A stretch of 64,000 bases of DNA, from NCBI GenBank assembly GCA_030324005.1, contig JARDVH010000121.1:38021077-38085076 (forward strand), written 5' to 3'. The stretch is from Negaprion brevirostris (Eukaryota). Positions 39,601 through 51,600 of this stretch are shown in pieces. A program made the position numbers and the translations under genes. Every line of letters begins with the position of its first letter. Position 1 is the first letter of the stretch. The notes beneath the pieces were generated by a model that did no database searches, had not been told where the DNA came from, and was given only the letters and a program-made list of their open reading frames with translations.

Positions 39601-42600
39601 TCCCCCACACATTCTAGGTCTTTGCCTCTCAGCAAGTTGCGCACCCTCTTCTGAAAGGCGAGAAAACATAGAGATGTGAGTGTCTGCAATGTCTTGAGTG
39701 GACAGAGGGAAGGATAAATTTATGGAGGGAGGATATGAAGCATGGTTGTGAGAGGGCAATAGCATAAGGGTGAGGGTGAGTGTTGTCTGTTTAGATGGGA
39801 GTGTGAGGTGCCTGCACAGAGAGGGTGATTAGAGCTGAAAGATGTCTTGTTTTGAGATGTACTGTGCAAGAAAACGCTGTTAAGATCAAAGTATGTGGTG
39901 ATTGCCATCTTAATGTATTCTGCCACTTACCTATTCTATTATGTGCTCTTCTTGGATCTTCTTAGTGCACTGACACCAGGCTGAAGGATCTACACTCATG
40001 CTGCTCATTTCCGCATTCTTTTCCAATAATGCATGCTTGGTTGAAGAGTTTGTTCTGTTCCATATTTCTGTTCCTTAGTACAGTACACGTCACTACAGTC
40101 CATCAGATCCCACAGCAGGAACTCCGGCTAAAAGTGGCAGACCAAACGAGCAGACTTCCAAGATCTCTTCAATATTCCAATAGTTGCTGCAGCCCAAAAA
40201 AATCCAAGCATTCCTTATGGCAGAAAGCACACAGCTTCCTGACCACATCTCCGATTGGTCAGAGCACAGAGGCCCAGTGCTCATGCTTTGGTTCCGGGAT
40301 ACAGTCTTAGCCTTTGAGTTGCCAACCCAGAAATGGTTCCACTGTTTGGCAGGAAATAAGTGCAGAACACTCCAGCCGCTATTTCAGTGTCAATGTCGTT
40401 CCATCGGAACTGGAAGACGTTAGAGACAAAAGCCTTTGAAACAATAACACAACTAGAGAAAAGGTTGAGCAGGAAAAGAACAAAAGCACCCTATCAGAGA
40501 AGTTCTCCTGTGCAAAATATTCATTTGGTATTTTCCTATTTTATCTTCATCTTGTGGGTCACTACCACTTTTTAAACATCTTAAATTTCTTCATAACTAT
40601 TCTTTTTTTGTTGTTATCCTGAAGCACACCTAGTATTGTGCTTTGTGTCTTATTACTTGCCCATTTTTGGACCTTTCTTACACTTTACTATCTGCCGAAA
40701 TAATGGGCAGACTTGACTGCCCTTTCCAGGGTTCTTCCTTTGTGCTTTTCTTGATGCTTTATTACTTTTCTATATTTTAATTGTTCTATTCTATCAGACA
40801 CCTATGTATTTGGGCTACATTTGGCATATATTTACATTGCATCTTCAATCTTAGTTATAAAAATATTCATTTTCTCCATCTTTGATTTGATTTATTGTCA
40901 CATGTATTAATACACAGTGAGAAGTATTGTTTCTCGCACGCTATACAGACAAAACATACCGTTCATAGAGAAGGAAACGAGTGCAAAATATAGTGTTACA
41001 GTCATAGGTAGGGTGTAGAAAAAGATCAACTTAATGTGAGATAGGTCCATTCAAAAGTCTGATAGCAGCAGGGAAGAAGCTGTTCTTAAGTCAGTTGGTA
41101 CATTTCCTCAGACATTTGTATCCTTTTCCCCATGGAAGAAGGTGGAAGAGAGTACGTCTGGGGTGTGCAGTCCTTAATTATGCTGGCTCCTTTGCTGAGG
41201 CAGCAGGAAGTGTGGACAGAGTCAACAGACAGGAGGCTGATTTATCTATGATCTCCTTCAGCAATACTCCCAAAGTAATTAGTTTAGGTCACTCCTCGTT
41301 CCTTTGCATAGGTAATTTTACAGTCATATACTTTGTCCAAGTTCTTATTGATATTAATGCCTGATAGTTTTAAATTCAAGCAAGTTGTACCTTCTTCAAC
41401 CATTTCTTTATAGTGAAGCTAATCCTTAACACTTACAAGAATTATGTCTTAATGCAAATTATCCCTTGTGGAGTCCGTAATATCTTGAGTCAAACTCTGT
41501 TGTCTCACTTCCAGTAGAGCAGTCTATGTCAGCTTAATTGAGGTCAATAATCCAATATTGTATATGATATATTAACATAGAATACACCTGTCTTTACAAA
41601 ACAATCACTCATTAAAGACTTACCATTAAGTCATTTTTGTGTTTATTTGACATTAACTAAATGCCTTTAACTAAAAATCACCCTCCTAATTTCATTTTAA
41701 AATTAATCAAAATCTGTATTAACTGAAGAAAGAAGGTTAATAAAAGTGTCTTGGAACTGGATTTCAAACCTTTTGGAAGGATAGGACTTCCATCTACTTC
41801 TTTATCCTCATTATAACCCTGTCCCTTTTTTTTTCTCCACACCATTTTTTTCTTGTTTGGATCTCATCAGGCAATTAGTATGAGTTCTCACTGGGATCCT
41901 CACCACAGGAAGGAATGCTGTCCAATACTGGTCAATCTCCTGCAATGTTGCTGGCAGAAAAGAAAATCAATAGTGTATCCTAACACTGATGGAAGGGGCC
42001 ATGATTGTATGAAAGGGTGAACGTTTGTTAATGATGTGCATTATTGGGTTAAATGAGTAGATACATTTGATATATCAGACCTTCATGAAATGAATTAACT
42101 ACTCCTGTCTGGAAATGTAACAAACTAGATTTCACACATAAAGAGGGATGAAGGATTGCATGGACATGGATTGCATAGGAGGCCCAAAAGACATCAAAGG
42201 AAATATTATGGGATCAGAGAGTTCATTAAAGGCAAAGAATTCAAATTGTGGTTAAAACTAAGAGGAACAGCAATTCCTAAACAGAGAAAATCAAAACCAA
42301 GACTATATAGGCTAGGGAAAGCCTATGGAGGCTGTACAATAAAATATAAATAGGTAACTCCACTAACAAGTTTTGTTTCCCCATTTTGGAATTTTGTAGA
42401 TGTTAATTTTGTTTTGAATGTTACTTGCAGGAGTGTACATTTAGACCAATGGAAGAGCAATATAACCATCATTTCATACGTGTCTGTACCTGAGCAAATT
42501 AAATGGCCGTTTGATCTGAGAAGAATTTGACATATTTCTGTGTAATCATTTAACATTTAATATATAATGTGTATTATACAGAGAATCTTTAATTAACCAG

Positions 42601-45600
42601 AGTGTGTGGAAGAAGAATATTTCAAGTCCAATGATAAACATCATGATTTATAGCAGGAATAGGAACTTTCTGAACAAACCCCACAGCAGTGCAATAAATC
42701 CAATGACATATTAATTAATTCTTTTGGCTGTAACTCCAAAATTGCATCATTCCAAAGTACTGGCATTTATAGTTCAACATGGTGAGGAATAATAACAGAT
42801 GACAAACAACTTAATTTGCCTACAATCTTAACAGTTCTAATTACATTCATTAAAGTGCTGCAAAGATGACCACAACCTTGGTTTGATAGTCATTTCCCTC
42901 CACTGCTCCCATGCCTCCCTTTATGTCATGCCTCCCACTTCATTCAAACAGAAAACTGAATGTCCTTAACACACTGCAAATACTGAAGGCAGAAAATTTC
43001 TTCAACAGACATAGGCAAGAGCAATATACCATTAATCAGTGGATCGTTTTATAACTTATTTTTCCTAACCAGCTGTAATAACTAATGATTACACATTGAT
43101 TTTCAATAACTAGTAAATGACTAGTGATTGATTTTGCAATTATTTTTTTCTTGATGTAATGCATCCATTTAATTTCCTCACCTCTACTGTTAGTTAGTTT
43201 TCATCAGTCCCCAAATCTAAGACACCTTGAAAAATCAGGACTATTGACTGTAATTGAAGAGTTATAGAAATGCTCTATGCATTTTCTGCGTTTAATGATG
43301 AGGCAAATTATTGGTCTATTCATGAAAAGAAAACCATTAGTCTGAGTCAATTCGTCCACCTTCAGCTGTCTGCCTTAGCCATAATCTTCATCCAGGAATA
43401 ATCAAAATCTGCCTACTAACTGAGTAAAATAGAGTAGATTCCCATTAACGCTATCTTCAATTTGCAAGATAAAATGATAAGCAAAGACAATAGTTTCACT
43501 CCAAAAGTATGATTTAATCAGAGAAATATCTGCCTTGAGGCATTTTGTAATCAAATTTCAGTGGCTGCTCACACAATTTAATGGAAATTTTGATTTTATT
43601 GCCACCTTTGAATCAGACCAAAGTTCTCAAGACATTGTGCAGGAAGGATGGGCGTGGTGGCACGGTGGTTAGTACTGTTGCCTCACAGCGCCAAGGACCC
43701 AGGTTCAATTCCAGCCTCCGGTCCCTGTCTATATGGAGCTTGCATATTCACCCTGTGTCTGCACTGGTTTCCAACGAGTGCTCCCGTTACCTCCCACAGT
43801 CCCAAGAGTACAAATTATGTTGATTAGGCATGCTAAATTGACCCTATTGTCAGGGGGATTAGCAGGGTAAATGCGTGAGGTTATGGAAATAGGACCTGCA
43901 TGGGATTGTGGTTGGTGCAGATTTGATGGGCCGAATGGCTTCCTTCTGCACTGTAGGGATTCTATGATTCTATGAATAGCAATGGCCAGGAAGAGGGAAG
44001 CCATGGGCCAGCCAAAAGTCCACTGACTTTCGACAGTTCCAGATTATCCCAGTGGCGGGCAAAGCCAGATGTTCCCACCTAATGTACGATTTATCTTTAC
44101 CTTTGTTTTGCTGAGACAAGAACATACTTGTGGGCGTGATCCTTATGTTCAGGCGAAGTGTTTTTTTTAACTATTATTAACTGACATACTTTGTATTTGT
44201 GAACTTGGGACTAAGAATAAGAGTAGCAGCTTAGAATTGAAACTAAACTTTCCATTGAGAATGGTTGAGGCACAAACATTTGCGTCTTTGAATAAATAAC
44301 TGGAAAACTATTTGAAGCAAAGGAAGAAATAAGGCTAGTGGTAGGAGAAAATCAATGGGATTGGTTTAGCCAAAAGCAGGGTGGGCTAGGGCAACCTGAC
44401 AGGGTGGGCTGAATGGCCTCCTCCTTTGTAGTATTCTTCTATGATTCTACAGGATTATGCTCTCTATTAATTTGGATAGAAACTAGATTTTCAAGGAATA
44501 TGATGAGACAGACGAATTAAGCCTTAATGAGAATTTCGTGAACATAGTCATTTCACAACGTGTATACAGTACATATTCTAAGTGACAGCTCTTTCATCTT
44601 AGAATTACTCTCTGCCCAAATTATTTTAGATTTCAGAATAACCACACAAGAGATTGGGCTTGTTAATTCCTGTTTTGGGCCGTTACAAATGCCCTTAGGG
44701 CTCCAAACTGGCATTCACGATGCACATGGCAATAGTCACATTACTCAGGAAATGGATACATTACCTTCAAAATAAAGACAACCACATGGAATATTGACAT
44801 TGTATTTTTACAAAATGGTCTCCGGAAAGTCAGGTGACTCCTTCTGTGGTTTGTGGCCAGGCTGACACAGGTATGATGCATACCTCTGGGAAGTACTTAA
44901 AATGCAAATCATTTTCCCAAGTATTAACTGACTACCCTGTATACATGTGTATTACAACATCAGCTGCCAAGTGTTACATCATGGTTAGATCTACAAATCT
45001 GTGAAAGGAGTTGGCTGCCACTTCCATGTTAGAAAGGATTGACTCCAAGCTCCATGCAAGTCCTGTGCCAAGTTAACATTGGAATCCTCCAGACTCCTTG
45101 ATATTGACCGCAGGCCTCCAATAGGCCTGATAATGCATCTATCACTTCCTTATGCATGCCCTTATCTCAATCAGTAAGTACTCTATTCTTGCTGTTTCCC
45201 CAATACCTATCCAGAGTGGATTTCTTTCATATCTGAAAAGAAAATTGCACAAGAATAAGGTCACAGTACTTAGACAGGGTGAAAGTTTGTAAGTCAGAGC
45301 AGTGTCAGTTGAGGGATGGCAGAATGAAAGGAGGAGCATTAGGCAAAAGCATACGTTGTCAATGTTTCAATGCTGGTCACGGTTTTGTTTTATTTATTAA
45401 TTCATTGGATAGGCCAACATTTATTACCCACCTCTATTTGTCCTTGGGAAGGCAGTGAGCTGCCGCCCTCTTGTACTGCTGCAGGCAATATAGTGTAGAT
45501 ACACATACAATGCTGTTAAGAAGAGAGTTTCAGGATTTTGACCCAGTTATGGTAAAGGAACAGTGATATAGTTCCTGGTCATGGTGGTTGTGGCTTGCCG

Positions 45601-48600
45601 TTCTTGAAGTTCCCATGCATCTGCTGCCCTTGCCCTTCTAGGTGGTAGATGTTGTGAAGTTTGGAAGGTGTTTTCAAAGGAGTCTTGGTGAGTTGTTGCC
45701 GTGCATCTTGTACAAGGTACACACTGCTGCCACTGTGCATCCATGGTGGGGGAAGTGAATGTTTAAAGTAGTGTCATGAGAAGATGCATCCACTGATCTT
45801 GGTTACTCAGGTGAGGCCACTAAAGTTCTTGCAGCTCTGCATCCAGAGCCTTGGAGCTTGACTCAGCGTTTGACATCCATAGTATATGTTCCCACTGTCT
45901 TTTGACCAAGTACTTGAAGGGCCTTCTCACCCCTCCAGATACAAAACATCTCTCCTCCACCTTTCCCAGCAAGGCCTCCAGTGTACTGTTTGAAAACCTT
46001 GGCACCCATTTTCAACCATGTTCTTCACTATTGCCCTGGTCAGATACACTTCCTGCACATTTTCCAACACCTGACTCAGCTACATAAATCCCTTTAGAAG
46101 ATGTAACCTAACTTCAAGCTGTGCAAACTTTAACTAGTACGAGCAAGTTATGGTTTTGGCTTGCATACGGATACATATAGATAATGAGCTATATGATTAG
46201 TGCTGGCTGCATGCAGCAACTATTTGAAGAAACAGACTGTAAAGCCAGATGCTGCATGCTTTACATTGAACAGGCCTGGATAATTGTGAATTCTGAATTC
46301 ATTTTTGGGAACTGTCCAGTTTAGACTCCACTGTACCAACGTCATTCATTCAGCATGGGACGAGTTGAGGGCAATAATGACCATCAATCTCTAGCATCCA
46401 AGTTAAAAACTTCAACTTCCATATTTAGCTGTAACTTGACTAGATTGTCTCTGGAATTGGTTCACTTAATTGGGAAAAATGAATAGAAATTGACAGTGGT
46501 AATTTTGTAATCAATGCCTCCCAAATTCTTTTCACAAATTGTACATATATTCTATTTTGATACACTGGATGTGGTGGCCATCCTGGGCTCACTCATCCGC
46601 CTTGGTAACTTTCAAATGGGCAACAAAATATCTATAAGTACAATTTTTCAAAGGTGGCTGCTTTTGAGTCCGGACACCTTCAAAATGGACATACTAATCA
46701 CAATATCAACACTTAAATAAAAACAAGTGGGAGAAGGCATTAATTTGCGCAGTGTTGCTTCTATGCAGACTGATGTTGATTCTGCAGGGTAGCTTTCGCT
46801 GCAGCTGCACAGGTAGCAGCCCGCAGCAAAACCAGCCCCCAGGGATAAAATACAAACCTGCATAGAAGTGACAGTACACCAACAAATTTCTCCCTCGTGT
46901 TATCCAAACAGTTCAGATCAGTAAAGACAAACTCTCACTTTCACACATGATAGAAGTATGTTAATGGTAGATTTTCACAGCTTCATGGCATTATTCTACT
47001 GAAGAAAAGAGTTTTAAATTTATTAAGCATTTGGCCTTGAAATTATTCCATGAGACAGTAGCAAGTCAGTGTTTATAATACTGTTGCAGTCGCGTGAGGA
47101 AGGGTGAACTGACACCCCTATTCCACAACTCCAAGTCTGATCATAACAGGTAAAGGCAAAATAATGCCAATGCTGGAATCTGAAACAAAAACAGAAAATG
47201 GTGGACAAACTCAGCAGATCTGACAGCATCTGAGGAGAGAGAACAGAACCAACGTTTCGAGTCTGGATAACCTTTCATCCGGGTCCTTTGTCAGGGTCAG
47301 CCCTCACAAAGGATTATCCAGACTCGCAACTTTGATTCTGTCCTCTCTCTACAGATGCTGTCAGACCTGCTGAGATTTTCCAGCATTTTCTACTCGTGAC
47401 AGGATTTGACTTGTGAATCTAGAGAGGCTTATACTGCGGATGTCCCATTAGTTACACATTCAGTTTGTGAAGAATTAGGCAGACAGGTTTTCTGAGTTTA
47501 AACAAAGAACAAATAATTTAATTGAAATAACTTTCCAAATTTTTTTTAAAAATAGGTCATTTGTAACCACCATTCATAAGTCACACACCGTCCCTGAGCC
47601 CAAACATACACTAAGTATGTGGATGGTAGAAAAAAATGATAGGCTTCAAGGTATTTTTCCAATATGTAAAGAAGATAAAACAGAGGAGTGTGCCTTTGGC
47701 TGATCTCGATGCAGTGACTCAACATTGTGGTTGTTTTGCTCAGTTCTCTTCCTGTGTGTCATTGTTTGGAGCAGATCGCCACATTTTATTCCCAAAAGAT
47801 TTTTGCAATGGATTTCTCTTCTCAGAACGGTCATAATGCAAATCAGGCTCAATACTTTCTTGAGAGAGAGAGGGTACAGAGCACCAGCCTGTTTTGAGTA
47901 CGGCATTCTGATCTCTGATCTCCCTCTGGCTTGGTGATCAGTTTGGCAAGTACCCTGCTGACTGTATATTCCAGAGGAAGCAAACTTATCCATGTCTGCT
48001 GCATGCAGTGTTTTTATATTGTATTTGATGTCTCACTTCAAGGAGATGAGGTCTTTCACGCTCTCCAAAACATTTGAGTGTCTCTTCCCCATCATCCCAT
48101 TTGATGGAATGCAAGCCTATGTATTGTAGCTATCCGGTGGTCCTCCATTGGCTAAATAGAAGCATACTGTGCAGAAGGAGGCCGTTAGGCCCATCAAGTC
48201 TGCACCGACCACAATCTCACCCAGGCCCCAACCCCTTAATCCCATGCATTTACCTTGACACTAAAGAGTAATTTAGCGTGGCCAATCCACCTAACCTGCA
48301 TATCTTTGGACTGTGGGAGGAAACCGGAGCACCCAGAGGAAACCACACAGACACATGGAGAACGTGCAAACTCCTCACATACAGCCCAAGCCGGGAATCG
48401 AACCCAAGTCTCTGGTGCTGCGAGGCAGCAGTGCTAACCACTGTGCCAGTTTATTTTTTTATATTTGAAATTGTATTTTCCTCTTAACAGTACAGTCACC
48501 TGAAATTCCAGTCTCCATTTACTGGAAGCATTGTTTAGTCTAAAACGTATTGGATCTCCATAACAATATCAGATTTACTTTTATTGAATTTAATAAGCTC

Positions 48601-51600
48601 TATCCTCATATCTGTTTTGAGTTTTGGAACCAACTATGCATTATCATTATTAGGTTTTTGAGAGCTTTATAACAAATTCATTCTGGATTTGTAAATTCTA
48701 CATTTCATATAATAGACGTCCAGACAACAGAGGTCAATAGTCTGATCAGACTGTTTGGTTGCTGAGTCTTATGCATGTTAGAAAAGAAAACTAGAATCTA
48801 TTTTAAAACTGCAAATGCTTTTACACATGCATGTACATAGATATTAGGAAACAATAAATGCTTGTTTTAATTTAAATCTTTAACACTTATGAAAATTCTG
48901 TAATTATTTCCAACTTGTGCATTGTAAATGCATCTCTGGGTGAGCTACAACAGCTAGCTATGCCGTTAACTTACTGGCATTAATTTACTCACAGTAGATA
49001 CTGTTTTATTTTCCATGCAATTGATTAACTGTCTTTCCCTTCCTCATGCATTTTCCCTGCACTTCTTTTTAGGTGCTTCAGATTAGTTGATGCCCCACTT
49101 ATCAATGCAAAAAGAAGTTTGCACTAACAAAATAGGAAGAGAGCGCATTATGTATTTCTCAAATTATGTGTGGTTATGCCAAATCTCTTCACTATATACT
49201 ACATCCTGGTCACGGAACTTGGTTGTGACCAACTTCTGCCTGGAGTTATAACTGAGTTTCAACTCAACAGGAAACTTTTCAGGAAACAGGCTGAGAGCCA
49301 AGACTAAGGTGACCCTGTAGCATATTGATGACTTAACAATATGCCAATGGCTGTGCAGTTGTGATGCTCACTGCAAACGATACCCGAACCCTACCCACTG
49401 CACAGCATTCCCTACGGGGAACTAGGTCCTACCAGCAAAGGTACCAGCCAGGGAAGGGAAGACACCAGGCAAGGACCCCGATAGGCCCTGTGGATCCGTC
49501 TTAGAATAGAAAGTGATACCGTTGAAAGACTGGGGCAAACCTCATGGAGGGAGTGAGAATGAGGCAGTTGCAAGGAGCAGGAGCAGAGAGAAGTTCGGGA
49601 CTGATCAGTCTCAGCCAAGACCACGAGAAAGGGCAGCCCAAAGACATCAAGTGTGTGGTACTCTTGATGTTGATGTATGTAGCGCAGGTCTGGACTATAT
49701 CCCCAACCTGCGTCACAGCAGTTACGAGAGCCATCTTCCAATTCATCAGGAAATCCAAGATGGACCATGTCCGGATGGACACCATGCACCATGCATCTGG
49801 AGAAGGGAGAAAAAAATGTACCCAACGCTGTCCTCATCCTGATGGCCACCTTTGTGCGTGGCTGCATGAAGCTGTGCGTAAATCCTCAGTACATAAACAC
49901 CAAGTGCCACTACTAACTGATGTTCTACTTCTCCCAGTATTGCAAAGGATGGCATGTTGCCACAAAACGCTCCAAGTAAGACCGTACCATATCACCTATC
50001 CCTCATGATGAAATTCATTCAGGAAAATGTCTTTGACACAAGGCCATCAAGCAGTGGTCTGCACATCAGGTCCCTGAGGGAAAAGGAGATGGTGGATCAT
50101 GTCAGATGGTTCCCTGAGCAGACTGTCAAAGTCATTTGGCAGAATGCCTTATTACCAGAACTTCCAAACAAGCACCAAGATGTAGCTTGGCTGGTGGTGA
50201 GAAGGGCACACCTGAAGTCTCAGTGACACCAAGTGCTGCCCTTGAAGGAGGGGGTGGAGGGGGGGGGTGCGGTGGTGGAGAATGAATGAGACAATCACGC
50301 AATTCCTTATGGAATGTGCCTTTGCAAAGAAAGTGTGGAGTGAGTTGCGGGGGTATTTGTTCAGCTTCATCCTCAACAGCTCTGTGATGCAGGATTTTGC
50401 TCTATGGGCTGTTCCCAGTGGCACCCACTTGGACAAACATCAACTACTTCTAGTGGGTCATCAACTCAGTGAAAGACACTCTCTGGTCTGCCCAAACCTG
50501 TTGATATTCCAGTGCAAAGAATCAATCAAGTATTGCAGACTGGCACAATCCAAAGTCCAAGATTATGTGCTGAGGGACCCACTCAAGCTTGGGGCAGCCG
50601 TCGCAAAGGCACAATGGAGAAAGGACATTGTGTAATGCCTTTCAGCCAACGTAAATCAAGGAGTTAGTAACTGGGTAAAGTCCCTCCAACAGTGTATAAT
50701 CTCTAACTATAAGTAACTATTAAAGAACAATAAGTGCAATTTGATCAATGTACGTAGTTTTATAAAGAACTTTGGACTTATATTGAAATATATGCAAGCT
50801 CTTAGGCAAGACACAGTGTAAATCTTGATCTCAAAGGAAATGTAAATATGATCACATATTATTGTTGTAATAATTTGAAATGATTTTGTAATGTTCTATA
50901 TGAATAAAATAAATTTTTAATTAAAAACAACTTACCTGGCAAGGGAGACTCAACAATCAAGCAGGTGATGAAGCAAGCTTATTGCATTTGGGGTGTGCTG
51001 TGCCTGTGATTGTGGTTTGCCTAAGCTAGGGTAGAGTAAAGGGTCAGGGTAGCCAATGAGGTTAAACTGAGGCTTTACCTAATGCAATTTTTCAAAGCCG
51101 TCCCACCCTTTTGGCTAAAACGAAGCGTAAAGTCAAGCCCAAGAGGGGCTGTAATGCTTCATCCTGTAAGCTTGGACCTTATTTGATTGAGCCCAGGATG
51201 GGATGCAATATTTTCTCTTGTCAGCTTGGACCTGATTTTTCCCTCATGGAGGGACCATGATTGGATTAAATTTGAAATGGCTTTTTTGATTAGAAATGAA
51301 ATACAGAAATATACCAATAAAAATAAATCGTCACGGCCTCTTGGCCAAGATCAAGCGTTAGATCAGGCCCTCCCAGATGATCTAATCATGAAGGCCATCC
51401 ATTTTCTCACGTCCCTCTTTGATGTATCCATCAGTAAACAGTAGCTGCATTAGGATGAGGTAACTGCACACTTAAAAATGACAGTTTGTGATGAAGTGCA
51501 TTTAATGACAAGTCTCATTTCCACACACACAGTCACACTAAAGCTGCACAATCATCACACTTGTATGGTGTGGAAGTTTCCAAAAATGCAAAAAAAGGGG

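Noticed and set aside
46648-46863. Cys-rich minus-strand ORF with acceptor-like start
   Set aside because: No recognisable homology or matching donor; not supportable as an exon.
49412-50635. Overlapping 90-150 aa ORFs as a nested host gene
   Set aside because: Frameshifted remnants of the Tx1 ORF2 and their antisense shadows.
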